NCBI GenBank assembly: GCA_012862495.1
Contig: BLSG01000319.1
Location: 20,159-71,307 of the forward strand
DNA length: 51,149 nucleotides
Source: Thraustochytrium aureum
Lineage: Eukaryota
Direction: 5' to 3'
A model generated the notes under the pieces. The model made no database searches. It saw only the letters and a program-made list of their open reading frames with translations, and had not been told where the DNA came from. The position numbers were made by a program, and so were the translations under genes. Positions within the stretch are counted from its first letter, which is position 1; each line of letters opens with the position of its first letter. Of this stretch, positions 1 through 11,949 are shown in pieces.

Positions 1-1228
1 CACTCCTCCCCAAGGCGTCTCCGTCTAGGAGGGCGTTCATAATCACACTCGTGTGACGTTGGTACGCATCCTTTGGCAAAGCCTTGGTTAGACAGTCCGC
101 CGGTAGTACCTTTCCTGCCAGGTGAAAAGTCTTGGTCGTGTCCAGATCGCCATATTCCACCAGCTTGCGTAGGCGAATTCTCAGATGACGAGATCGGGCA
201 CCCCAATCGTGCTTGCCGATGCTTGTCACGAGACTCTGGCTATCCGTGTAGACCGTGATTGTTCCTGGGCTCAGACCGAGCTCCTCCATGATGTCTCGCG
301 TGGCGAGACCGTCATGAACGGCAGCTAGCATTGCGTTAAGCTCTGCTTCCATTGAGCTTGTGGACATCGTTGTCTGCTTCTTTGTTTGCCAAGACACTGC
401 CGATCGTCCCACAGCTACCACATGCCCTGACACTCCTTTATTTGCACCTCCTGGTGAGAACGAGGCATCGCAGAACACCGAGATCTTCAGCTCGTTAGTG
501 TTCTCTTCCCCGCGCAGAGCGTACTTACGTGACATGGTTCCCTTCAGGTATGACAAGATATGCTTCAGTCCCGGCATGTGACGTTTGTCATTCGCGTGAC
601 AGTGACGTGACGCCGCTGACGTTGCGTAGCATATGTCTGGCCTCGTCATCTGAAGGTAGAGCAGCGACCCTACTATCTTCCGATACAGTGGGTCGTTCTC
701 GTAGTTCCTTTCGACCACCCCTAGACCTTGGTTCGAACCGGGCTTGTCTGCCAGATTGGGAAATTCAAAGCCTGCTGCCAATGGCGTAGCTCGTGGGTTG
801 CATTTGTCCATCTGATACTCTGCGAGCACCTTTTGAATGTATGCTTCTTGGTCGATGGTGCACGTCTGTGTGCGACGGTTGTAGTTCCAGGTTGTGCCTA
901 GATAGTTGGACTGCTCACTCTCGTTCACGGTGATCTCGTACTTGGCTCTCAATGCGTGTATCGTGCTCTTGATGCGCTTCCTCGATCCGTAAAGTCGAAT
1001 ATCGTCCACGTGTACCGTCATGAGAAGTTCCTTGTCCTTCGTAAAGAACAAGCTCCTGTCTAAAGTGCTTCGCACTAAGCCGATCTCTCCCAGGGACTTG
1101 GATAACTCGTCGTTCCACTTCTTTGGGGAAGAGCGTAGTCCATAGAGAGTCTTTCGGAGACGAAAGATGTGCCCTTCAGGAGCCTGGTAGCCATCTGGAA
1201 TCTCGATGTAAAGGAATTCGTCCGGTGG
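1..1228 (-). CDS. Copia reverse transcriptase + RNase H (partial, open at both ends)
   Basis: Hand translation of a frame missing from the ORF track because it has no stop in the window: LRKTLYGLRSSPKKW, VHVDDI (HVDD at 1001-1012), YRKIVGSLLYLQMTRPDI, FCDASF, SWQTKKQTTMSTSSMEAEL, VYTDSQS, ADCLTKAL. Confidence 0.95.
3..11 (-). other. Polypurine tract (GGGGAGGAG) immediately 5' of the TG start of the 3' LTR
   Basis: The minus strand reads ...TTGGGGAGGAG-TG at the window start, shortly after the RNase H ADxxTK motif. Confidence 0.75.
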
Positions 1229-1549
1229 AANNNNNNNNNNNNNNNNNNNNNNNNNNNNNNNNNNNNNNNNNNNNNNNNNNNNNNNNNNNNNNNNNNNNNN
1301 NNNNNNNNNNNNNNNNNNNNNNNNNNNNNNNNNNNNNNNNNNNNNNNNNNNNNNNNNNNNNNNNNNNNNNNNNNNNNNNNNNNNNNNNNNNNNNNNNNNN
1401 NNNNNNNNNNNNNNNNNNNNNNNNNNNNNNNNNNNNNNNNNNNNNNNNNNNNNNNNNNNNNNNNNNNNNNNNNNNNNNNNNNNNNNNNNNNNNNNNNNNN
1501 NNNNNNNNNNNNNNNNNNNATTCCACTGGCTCGTCGTAGCCTCATACGA

Positions 1550-4260
1550 CTAGTCTTGCCTTGAAGACTCCATTGTCCTTCTTCCGGAGAACCCCAAGTT
1601 GTACTCATGGTGGGCGTCATCTGCGCTCGGCCGTGGTACTGATTCCAGGGTGGATGAGGTCCTGAGGTTTTCCTTTTCCGTCGATATTGCGAGCGTCCAC
1701 TCCTGCTTCTCTGAGCCTTGTGGCATCTTAAGATACTCGCGGTAGGTGCTAGGGACTGCTTCGGTCCTACTTGTAGCCACCATACCTCTAGCCATTTGCG
1801 TTGCGGTGCTGCTCGTACTTCTGCTGAGTCTTGCTACCCGCTTTGGCCAGTCAATTTCCAGCCACTTGCCTCCTGGAGTTTTCCTCTCTAGACGAGGTAG
1901 GTTCAATTCCTCCTCCACGAGCACAGCGCTGACGTCAGAATCCTTCGCTCCTCCGGGGAGCAAATCCCTCGCGAGGTCCGCGTGGTCGTAACGTTTCGGT
2001 CGCCCAGCGTTGCGCTGCGGCCGACCGGATGCCGAGGTCTTAAGACTTGTAACCGCCTCGGGGCGGAGCCGTTGCGCAGAACTTAGTGGTGATTCATTCT
2101 GAAGAGAATCCTCGTCAGGTATTCCTTCTCCCCTAACATTTTCTGCCAAACGCTCCCACATGTCGTCCGCCTCCCCAGTGGCTGCGGGAGCTACCCTGCT
2201 GCTTGTGAGCGAGGTCGGCGACTGTGACGTGCTCATACCATCGTCCACCTGTGCGCCTGTGGCAGTTGCTACCTGTCCATCAGTTTGCCAGCGTGGCGTG
2301 TATGGCTTGAACTCTTGCACGCCGGGCCCAGGCGCTACCTGGCCCGAGTGTGAGACTGCACCAGTCTCGAGAACCTTCACACCTGCTGCCGGACTGTCGG
2401 TAGTGGTGGCTACCCTACTCACACGACGTCTAGCCTCATCAGGTTGTGGTTTTGGAGTTGCCATCGGCCTCTCCGCTTCGACATCGGACGTGTTGGGATA
2501 GTCTTGGGGGCTTGAGACGTCTTCTACTACGGAAGCGCCCTCCTCCCAATTGAAGACCTCATGCTCCGTGCGCCGCTCCTCCGTTGGTGAGACGGGGGCG
2601 CCGGGCGTACGTCCAACACTCTCTGTCGTAAGCCACCGTACCGGACCACCTTTTTGTGACCGTGTATCAAACCCTGTGGGTTTCGTGCCAGGGCGGCTGC
2701 GCTCATCCTGGACTTTCAAAGTTCCGAAGTCGATGCGCGTAGCATTGAACGGGATCGGGAACTTTGGATCATCAAACACAACAACGTCTCGGCTGCGGAC
2801 GACTTTTCCGGTTCTGTCTTGCAGGACCAAGTACGTTCCGAAAGCCGCATTGTCCGCGTAGCCGACAAACACTCCAAGGTTGCCTCGTGGGGCCAACTTA
2901 CCGTTTGGGGTTGGGTTTCGTACGACTGCGCGTGCGCCAAATGTCCTGAGATGGTCCAGTGACGGTTTCTTTCCAAAGTGTCGCTCGTATGGCGACTGTT
3001 TGTTGCGCGATGACGACAGTCTGTTGTGAAGATAGGTTCCTGTTGTGTAGGCATATGCCCACATGTTGTCAGGGAGACCTGAGCTGAGCAACATGATGCG
3101 CACCTGCCTGTTGTGGATGCGGTTCGCTCCTTCGGCGGGATGAGTGGAGTGGGCGTGAGGAGTGCTCACCCGCATCTGCCACTTCCATGCCCGAATCTGC
3201 TTGGCGAACATGCACTCTGGTCCGACAAAGTACGATGCGTGGTCAACGTATATGGTCCTGACCGTTGGCTCAATGTTGCCGACGGGATTAGTTTCATCCG
3301 CGCTCGGTTTGCCGATCCAGTCAGGATACCACCGCTGTAGAGCTTTGTGTGCATCTGCTGTTGTCGTGAGTCCGTAAGACTGAGTGTAGTTTGTGTTCAG
3401 GTCGCGGAAAGAAATCATGTACTTGAACCTGTGCTCGTGCGATTCCACGAACGGTCCCTGAACGTCTACGGTTGCAGCCATTCGAGGCTTTTCCCCGTAC
3501 GATCCGTGAGGGCCGCGTGGAGGTGGAGCCCTTGTAATGTTGGCTTCCATGCACTCTACGCACGTTGGGTCGTCTTGAATGATTTCCCAGTTGTTGCTCG
3601 TGTTTCGGATTGTATCGTTCAATCGTCTACTTGATACGTGGCCTAGCCTTCTGTGCTGCTGTATCTTCTGGTAGATTTGGTTCTCGCGAGATCTGCTCAT
3701 GAACCCCGAGTGTTGAATGCGTGCGCTGTGCGCTCTGTCGCGAATACCTTCCACGGTTATAGTCGGTGTTCCACGATCTGTGGTCAACAGAATCCTTGCC
3801 CCATCAGGGCATAGGATGTAGTTTGCATTGTGGTCGAGACGTACGCTGTAGTGCATCTCGTTAAGCTTCTTCGTAGCGATGAGAGTGCAAGGAGCTTGCT
3901 CGAACAGCAGTACATCCTCGATCCTGATGCTTTTGATCTCGTCGTTTGTTGTCCTTGTCTGAAGAGTCAATACTCCCTTGACCGTTGCAACGAACACTTC
4001 CTTGTTGGCTGTCTCCACTTCGTGGTAGCACGAGCCGATTTCCGTGAGAAGCGATTCGTCCGGGGTGATGCTCAGAGAGCAGCCCGAGTCCACGACAACT
4101 ATGGATGAGCTCGACTCCACTTGTGTTTCAAGTGAGACTTTTGCGACATACTGAGTGGGACGACGTTTATTTGGGGTTGCCTTATCGCTCCCCTGGCGCG
4201 GGCGTTTCTTTTGGAGGTCGTTGGTCGACGGTGCTCTGCACTCGTTTTCGTAGTGACCCT
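1550..4260 (-). CDS. Copia Gag C-terminus/protease/integrase polyprotein (partial)
   Basis: GHYENECR (end of CCHC knuckle), VVDSGCS protease, HRRLGH...CVEC (HHCC), TVDVQG/YVDHASYF/AEGANR (DDE), HLRTFGARAVV...KLAPRGNLGVFVGY (Copia SH3-like), then the RT start. Confidence 0.93.
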
Positions 4261-5384
4261 NNNNNNNNNNNNNNNNNNNNNNNNNNNNNNNNNNNNNNNN
4301 NNNNNNNNNNNNNNNNNNNNNNNNNNNNNNNNNNNNNNNNNNNNNNNNNNNNNNNNNNNNNNNNNNNNNNNNNNNNNNNNNNNNNNNNNNNNNNNNNNNN
4401 NNNNNNNNNNNNNNNNNNNNNNNNNNNNNNNNNNNNNNNNNNNNNNNNNNNNNNNNNNNNNNNNNNNNNNNNNNNNNNNNNNNNNNNNNNNNNNNNNNNN
4501 NNNNNNNNNNNNNNNNNNNNNNNNNNNNNNNNNNNNNNNNNNNNNNNNNNNNNNNNNNNNNNNNNNNNNNNNNNNNNNNNNNNNNNNNNNNNNNNNNNNN
4601 NNNNNNNNNNNNNNNNNNNNNNNNNNNNNNNNNNNNNNNNNNNNNNNNNNNNNNNNNNNNNNNNNNNNNNNNNNNNNNNNNNNNNNNNNNNNNNNNNNNN
4701 NNNNNNNNNNNNNNNNNNNNNNNNNNNNNNNNNNNNNNNNNNNNNNNNNNNNNNNNNNNNNNNNNNNNNNNNNNNNNNNNNNNNNNNNNNNNNNNNNNNN
4801 NNNNNNNNNNNNNNNNNNNNNNNNNNNNNNNNNNNNNNNNNNNNNNNNNNNNNNNNNNNNNNNNNNNNNNNNNNNNNNNNNNNNNNNNNNNNNNNNNNNN
4901 NNNNNNNNNNNNNNNNNNNNNNNNNNNNNNNNNNNNNNNNNNNNNNNNNNNNNNNNNNNNNNNNNNNNNNNNNNNNNNNNNNNNNNNNNNNNNNNNNNNN
5001 NNNNNNNNNNNNNNNNNNNNNNNNNNNNNNNNNNNNNNNNNNNNNNNNNNNNNNNNNNNNNNNNNNNNNNNNNNNNNNNNNNNNNNNNNNNNNNNNNNNN
5101 NNNNNNNNNNNNNNNNNNNNNNNNNNNNNNNNNNNNNNNNNNNNNNNNNNNNNNNNNNNNNNNNNNNNNNNCAAGACCAGACCAAACCTGCGAGCGCAAA
5201 GCGCACCGCGGGCCTCGTCCTGCGCGGCGTTCGTGAGCGGCTTCCTCTCTGCGGGCAGCGCCAGGGCTCGAGCGCAGCTCGTAAACGCCGGCAGCGTCGA
5301 GAACAGCAGCGCCCTCGGCGCCAGGCTCGCGGCTGGCTTGCTGAGCTTCACGGTTGGTTGGTCGGTCCTCGCACCGCGGCGGCA

Positions 5385-6225
5385 ATGGGCGCAGTCACGT
5401 CGGCGCCGCTGCTGCGGACCGTCGTGGAGGGATTCGGAATCCAGGTCCTTGCATGGTGCATTGCCGCGCCGTTGCAGACGGAAAAGTTTTACGACCTCAC
5501 TGGGTCGATGACCTTCTTGTACCTGACTTCGAGCTCGTTCCTGCGCCAAAAAGGCCCCGCTGCTGCGCAACAAGGTCAACACCGCGCTCGTAATGACTTG
5601 GGCTGCGCGCCTTGGCTCGTTCCTGTTCCAACGTGTGCTACGCGACGGAAAGGATCGCCGCTTCGACAAGGTCAAAACCAAACCAAGCGTCTTCCTCATG
5701 TACTGGGTGATCCAAGGCCTGTGGTGCGTGCTGACCGCCATGCCCGTCTATATCATCAACTCAAAGACGAGCGATCCGGCTGAGGCGCAAGGGGTCGCAG
5801 TCCAAGACGTTGTTGGCTGGACGATATGGGCAATGGGGTTTGCCCTGCAGGTCACCGCAGACAGGCAAAAGTCCTCTTTCAGGTCCATCCCTGAGAACCA
5901 CGGCAAGTTTATCACGACCGGGGTTTGGGCCTGGGCGCAGCATCCCAACTACTTTGGCGAGATGCTCATGTGGGCTGGGCTCTGGGTCTCGTCGTCCGCG
6001 CAGATGCGCGGGATCGAGCTCTTGTCAGTGCTTTGCCCCATGTTCAACATTTACCTTTTGCGCTTCGTCAGTGGCGTTCCGCTTCTTCAAAAGCATGCAC
6101 GCAAGGTCTGGGGTGATGACCCTGTTTGGCAAGAGTACTTTGCCAAAACCAACCTGCTCGTGCCCAACCCTTTCGCAACGCCGGTGACTTCTGGAGGCGC
6201 CGCCGCCAAGCCCAAGGCGAGCTAA
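5385..6225 (+). CDS. DUF1295 / steroid 5-alpha-reductase-like membrane protein
   Basis: TEKFYDLTGS, WAARLGSFLFQR, KDRRFD, ADRQK, FITTGVWAWAQHPNYFGE, SGVPLL. Removing one A from A5 at 5548-5552 joins ORFs 5358 and 5593 (LRQKAPLLRNKVNTALVMTW). Confidence 0.88.
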
Positions 6226-6860
6226 CCTCGACGGTGCGCTTCAAGGACAGCGGCTGCAGCGGTGACTCGTTCGTTCGCGGCGAGCGCAAGGCCGGCAATC
6301 CTATCTCACATGTGTCCTTTCAGCGAGAAATTTGGAAAGCTGAGTTGCTTCAGGCACTTGTTTTTTTTTAATCTTCTCGCCTTTGGCTGGACTCTTCTTC
6401 GGCAGCACCGATGGGAACATCGCGGCTGGCCACGGCGGCGGCGGCATTCGCTTGATGGCGCCTCTCACGGGCCGTGCAAAGAACGAGCCTATCTCACATA
6501 GTGCAACGTGGCGCTGCAGTTGGTGATGTCAGCCTTGCGGTGTCGATAAATGAAGCAACCGTGACGAGCATTCCGACCACCACTTGACAAGATTCAAGCG
6601 GCGCCTCTCGCCAAGTTGACGGCCAGGGAGGCGGGGAAGCGTGCGAGGCCACGTCTCGCTTCCAAGGCCTGCGAAACAAGTCGAACCATTTCTTCCCAGC
6701 TTGAGTGTTTCACTTACGGCTCTCCACCTCCCTACTTGTGTCGGTCGAAAAGCCAAGTCAGCAATGCATGGCCGCATTCGATCAAGTAAACCACAAAAAA
6801 ACGAGCGCGGATCGCGGCCTCAGCACCTTCCTATGACGCGGCGGACGCGGCGGATAGCAT

Positions 6861-8358
6861 TCACAGCATCATCGCCTCACCTCGCGCCGCGCGCGCTGAT
6901 GGACCCCAGCCGAGCCTGACCGCTGCGGACTCGAACAGATCATCAAGAAACTTTGGCCGCTTCGGGTTGGGCTTGACCATGATCACGTCGTGCGTCGCCG
7001 CTGCGTGGGACAAGAACTCGTCGCTCGTGGCGATCTCGTCCACCAGCCCCTTCTTTCTGCCTTCGATGGCGAGCCAGGCCTCCCCGGTTGCAACCTCGTC
7101 TATCGTCGCGAGAAGTGCGGGCCTGTTGACGCAAATATGGTCCTTGAAAACCTGGTGGATGCCCTCGAGCTCCTCCATCATCTTGGCCTTGCCCTCGTCG
7201 GTGACCTCGCCAATCACGTCCACAGTCCGCTTGTACTTGCCGGCCGTGAACACGTATGTGTTTACGTCGTGCTTCTCCAGCAGCTTTTGCACGTTTGGCA
7301 CAATGCTGATCACCCCGATAGATCCAACGAGCGCAAAAGGGGCAGCCAGTATCTCGTCAGCCATTGTAGCCATCAGGTAGCCCCCCGAGGCCGCGATAGA
7401 GTCGACGCAAACCACGAGACGCATGCGGGCCTTGCGCACTCGCCCAAGCTGCGCCGCTGCAAGGCCGTACATGGTGACTGCGCCGCCGCCCGAGGTCAGC
7501 ACAACGCAGACGGTGTCTCTCTCGTTGCCTGCAGCTATGCAGAGCGATATCTCGTCCCGCAGCGTATCGATGGACGAGACGTAAATGTCGCCGTTGAAAA
7601 CGATCTTGAACATGACTGGTCGCCGCTTGTTTTGCACTTGTTCGGGGGAGAGTCCCGCCTCGATGTCGGCCTTGACGGCCGCCTCCATCTTGTTTTTTTT
7701 TGCTTTTCTTTTCGGCGGCGCGCTTGGCACGGTCTGCCTTTCGGGCCTCCTGCATGGCCTTGCTGCCGCGGCCCACCTCGAATCGAAGGCCATCGAAGCG
7801 GTCCAGGTCGTCCTCGAACTGGTCGTTGAGCCGCTTGAATGTCCACGGCTTGTGCTGCTTGTGCTGTTCGCAGCCGCGGCTGCAGTTGAACCCACACGCA
7901 GCGCAGCAGACGAAGAACGACATCAGGAGGAAGAAGGAGCCAACAGCGACGAGGACCGCCCCGGCGACGCTGTTCGGGCCCCGAGACGCGTATTGGTCGT
8001 ATGTAAGCAGGAGGGCGCCGACGATGAGAGCCCCTAGCGTTATGCAGCAGCACAAGATGCACAATAGGAAAGCTACGATCCCTTGTTTGTCAATGTCGGG
8101 ATCGCTCCCCGAGTCTGCAGGCAGGCTGTACTTGATATCGGAGAACGGCTCACCGCTCGCATCCTCGACCGCCGCGCTGGGGCCAGCTTCTGCAGCGCCT
8201 CCCTGGTAGCTGCTAAGAAAGCTGTAGCTAAAGTCCTTGGCGTCAAAGGCGGTCTTGGGCGGCGAGCCCCCGTTGGCCCCGGCGCCGCCGCTCAAGAGCG
8301 CTTCCTGCTCGCCGCTCTCGTCCCCTGACGGCTTGTTGCCCGCGTCTTCTGCAGACAT
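6861..8358 (-). CDS. SohB-like S49 family serine protease with N-terminal transmembrane extension
   Basis: FNGDI, LRDEI, SGGGAVTMYGLAAAQL, VDSIAASGGY (catalytic Ser), PFALVGSIGV, TAGKYKRT (catalytic Lys), VATGEAW, LVDEIATSD. One extra base in T9 at 7693-7701 splits it into ORFs 7357..8478 and 6861..7895. Confidence 0.88.
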
Positions 8359-9358
8359 ACTTGGGGCCTGCCTGGAGCACCTGTTTCCTGCTTGCGAGCT
8401 GTCCGGCAGCGCGAGAACAGCCGAGCAGAGCCTCCGCAAGCCAAAGAAGTCCGCGCCTCGCGACACGAGCGACGCCACCCGCGCCAGCGAATCGGTCGAG
8501 GCTGCGGAGCGCGAGCGAGCGAGCGATCAGATTCGAGCTCTGCGGTGTCAGCGCCTGGCCGCCTCGAGGCGCTCGCGGCTGTCTCTAGCTAGAGAGAGCG
8601 CGGTGGCGGAGGTCTGCACGAGTGCTCCCGGCCCTTGCTGGTTTGTTCGCTCGAGCACTGTTTGCTCTTTGCGTAGCAAGCACGTCATGCTTATGCGCCA
8701 GCGCCGATGCTCGCGTCAGCGGCCACACCGAACGATCGCACAGCAAGCCTGATGAGCCCGAAGCGCGCAGGGCAGGGCCAACCGGTCGTTGGATGGAGTA
8801 GGCCTACCAACATGCTCGTACACGTCATGATGATATGAGTACTCTACTCTAGGTCGGTGCTCTGCTCGAGCTTCGTCAGCTCTCACCCCGTCAACAAGTC
8901 CCGCTGATTTCAATCAAATGTGGCCGACTCGGACATGATTTGGACCAGAAAAGGTAGAAAGGCTATCAATGATGCCGTGCTGAGCGACGAAAGGTGAGCT
9001 CGCGAGCGGGGCCATTTCGGTCGGTCGGTCGGTAGGTACTCTACCCTACTACTCTCAAGCAGATACGGTACGAACCGTTGATGTGCCGGCCCAACCCGGC
9101 CATGGACAGCTGTGCTTTCTCAGATTTGCACATTCATCGAGTGCGGTGGCGTTGACGCGAAGCATCTATCAACCATCGCTTGCGGATCCTTGTCGAGGTT
9201 TTGGTTGGCCCTGCCCACTATGGAGCAAAGTGCAGCCAGAAATCCAACGCCCCAGCCATCAGCCAATCACGATTGACGCAGTGGTGCCCCTAGCTCGAGA
9301 ACAACCCGCGCAAAGACTGCGGCGCGCACCGACAGCACTTGCTTTGCAAATCATGACA

Positions 9359-10389
9359 TTATGCCAGCGCGGCGCGAACCGCGAGCTTTTGCTCCGCGCT
9401 GAGCGCCGTGGGGAAGTCGACATCAAAAATGACCACCAGATCGCCAAAGTGTCCAGGGCGGCGCGAAATCGGCATGCCCCGCCCAGGAATCACGTGCGTG
9501 CTGTCGGGGCGAACCACGTCATCCAGCCGCTCAGCGATCCTGGAACCGTCCAGGTGGTCAAACTCGAGGACAAACCCAGCCAGCGCGTCAGTAAGAGAAA
9601 TCCGCCGCCGCACAATCAGGTTGGCCCGGTCTCTCGTAAAGTCTTTGTGCTTGTTCTCCACCAGCACGAAAGTCACGTCCTGGAATACGCCTCGCTTCAA
9701 CTCGTCGCCGGCGCCTTGGAACGTGACACGCGTGCCTGCTTTCCACCCAGGCTTGACCAAGATCTCCAGGATCGTCGTCTCTGGCCGCTCCGTCTCTGGT
9801 GTCAAATTGGACCGCTTCAGCTTGATCCGCTTGGTCGCACCTCTGTAGAGTTCCTCAAGCGTGCACGGTAGATCCACCCGCAATGCGCGCGGCCGCGTCT
9901 CGGCTCGCCCTTGCGCGTTCGCGGCGCCCTGCATAGCCTCCTTTATCGCGTCGCCGAAAAATTCGCCGAATGGGTCTCCCTGAAAACTAGCAGCAAAGGC
10001 GCCGTTCTTGCCAAACCCTTGGAAGAAGTTGGCGAAGAGCTGGTGCGGGTTCACTGCAGTGTAAGACTCGCCTTCAGGGCCGCCCTCTAGCCCTTCGTGT
10101 CCGAACGTGTCGTACACCTGTCGCTTCTCCTCGTCGCTCAGCACTTCATAGGCTTCGGCGACCTCCTTGAACAGCGCCTCCGACTCTTGGCGGTTGTCCG
10201 GGTTTTTGTCTGCTCGGTGCGCGTGGCACTGTCAGCCCCTCGCCCTGCCTTCCGCCTCTTCGCGGGGCACATGCACCACTTACCGGGATGGTACTTGATC
10301 GCCATCTTGCGGTACGCCTTGCGCAGCTGCGCGGGGGTGGCCGCCTTGTCCACCCCGAGCACCTCGTACAGGTCTCTCTTGGCGGCCAT
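9359..10389 (-). CDS. Hsp40/DnaJ class B co-chaperone (Sis1/DNAJB-like), 2 exons
   Basis: The J-domain HPD is restored by splicing 10210-10283 ([30 protein letters not shown]). G/F region and [35 protein letters not shown] are present; no zinc finger. Confidence 0.95.
10210..10283 (-). other. Spliceosomal intron (74 nt)
   Basis: GTAAGT donor, GCTGAC branch-like site, CAG acceptor; removal restores the HPD motif. Confidence 0.92.
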
Positions 10390-10819
10390 GGCTCCCGCAA
10401 CCGCTCTGCGCGAGCACGCGGCCTGTCCCGCTCAGGCCTTGCCGGGCAGCGCCACCTCAGGCGACCCGAGCCTTACTTTCCTGAACCGCCTCAACGGCCC
10501 TAACCGACACTTTCGCAGACTTGCGCCTTCGCCGACCGCTCTCGCGCACGCATCGGCTCAGCCCNNNNNNNNNNNNNNNNNNNNNNNNNNNNNNNNNNNN
10601 NNNNNNNNNNNNNNNNNNNNNNNNNNNNNNNNNNNNNNNNNNNNNNNNNNNNNNNNNNNNNNNNNNNNNNNNNNNNNNNNNNNNNNNNNNNNNNNNNNNN
10701 NNNNNNNNNNNNNNNNAGCAGCGCCAGCAGCAGCGCCAGGCCCTTCTCGCAGAGTCCTGCCACACCACGGCGTCCTACGGCTTTGCGCTCGCGGTGCCTC
10801 CCGAGGGCGGGCGGCTGCG

Positions 10820-11677
10820 ATGGGCGGAGGCAATGATCGCGGTTGCGGCGGGGCACAGAGCGATCTGATGGGTGATGGGGCGCAGCGGCCAGCGAGCTTG
10901 ATTCGGTTTGAGGAGGCTATTCCCGTCGCCGGGCCGAGCGCCGAGACGCATGCGTCCAAACTCATCATGAAGGCGTTCGCGACGCCAACAGCGCCGGCCG
11001 CCGGCAAGAGCCCTCGAAGAGCAGCGAATAACTCGCCAAGGCACGCTTCGGCAAAGCCAATGCCGCGGAGTGGCAGAGGCGAGTCTGAGCGATACCTCGA
11101 CTTGGCTACCGCGATCGACGCGATGCTCCCGCCTCGCGAAACCACTGCTCTCAACAACCAGTGGGTCCACTTTGCTTCCAAGCAAAGAGCAGGGCGCGAA
11201 GAGGTCCAGGTCCTCGAGGAGGACCTGGACCAGGCACTTCACTCCCGCCAAGCTCGCGTCATGGGGCTCTGTCCCGTCAAAGAGGAGCTCGTTTCTGAGT
11301 GTTTTGACGAAATATTGCGCCAAGTCGCTCTCGACTCGCCGGAGCGCGGCCTCCTCTTGCTCCGCGTTCGCGATGAGCTAAGAATGAGTATTTCAGCCTA
11401 CCGCACGGTCTACGAAAGCAGCATTGCGTTTGGGGCTCGCAAAGCTCGTGAAGCAGTTGAAGCTGTGGGAGAGCTGGAGGAAGAGTGCAATCGCCTCGAA
11501 GCGCGGGTCGCGGGGCTGGAGGTTGAGCGGTGTGAATGGTCAAACCGTGTCAAGCTCATCGAAGAGGAGGCAACAACTTTGCGCAACGAGATGCGCGCCA
11601 CCGCGTCCACAGAGGTGCAGCGCATCAAAGACCAGATCGAGGGTTTTCGGGAGTTTTTGTCCCAAGAACAGCAGTAA
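10820..11677 (+). CDS. DNALI1: Axonemal inner-arm dynein light chain p28-like
   Basis: AMLPPRE, QARVMGLCPVKEELVSECFDEILRQV, ERGLLLLRVRDELRMSISAYRTVYESSIAFG, and a C-terminal coiled coil. Start codon uncertain. Confidence 0.9.
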   Translation: MGGGNDRGCGGAQSDLMGDGAQRPASLIRFEEAIPVAGPSAETHASKLIMKAFATPTAPAAGKSPRRAANNSPRHASAKPMPRSGRGESERYLDLATAIDAMLPPRETTALNNQWVHFASKQRAGREEVQVLEEDLDQALHSRQARVMGLCPVKEELVSECFDEILRQVALDSPERGLLLLRVRDELRMSISAYRTVYESSIAFGARKAREAVEAVGELEEECNRLEARVAGLEVERCEWSNRVKLIEEEATTLRNEMRATASTEVQRIKDQIEGFREFLSQEQQ

Positions 11678-11949
11678 CGTAGAGTTCTAATCAGAAATTC
11701 GCTTGTGCATGCGCTATTGTGGCTGAGGAATAAGCGGTAAATTTCCGACTCCGGCTGGGCGACAGCCAACGATGGACACGTTGACGAGAGTGCCGCTCCC
11801 GTTCACCTTACCTTTGCAACCCCTTGTTTGATCGACGGAGTGGACTGTTGGAGCCCCGCTTGCTTGAGACGCGAGCAGCAAAGGAGGAAGCCTGCACGCT
11901 CGTGTGTACATGGCTATTGCGCCTTCTCTGCCAGCCAGGCTAGCTCTAG

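Larger units (their letters stand above)
1..4260 (-). mobile_element. Ty1/Copia LTR retrotransposon, internal region (LTRs not visible)
   Basis: Minus-strand domain order is zinc knuckle - protease - integrase - RT - RNase H (integrase before RT = Copia). PPT followed by TG at positions 11..1. The 5' part runs into gap 4261-5171. Confidence 0.95.

Noticed and set aside
4261..5206. 5' LTR, PBS and the listed gag start at 5206
   Set aside because: The region is almost all N, and sequence after the gap looks like host DNA upstream of the DUF1295 gene; no LTR or PBS can be supported.
6300..6499. 12-nt repeat CCTATCTCACAT at ~6300 and ~6488
   Set aside because: Only two short copies with no enclosed element features; may be chance.
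7693..7701. Programmed ribosomal frameshift at the A9 run in the SohB-like gene
   Set aside because: Similar one-base indels in both directions occur in many unrelated genes here; sequencing error is simpler.
8700..9350. Short ORFs between the SohB-like and DnaJ genes
   Set aside because: No recognisable motifs; treated as intergenic.
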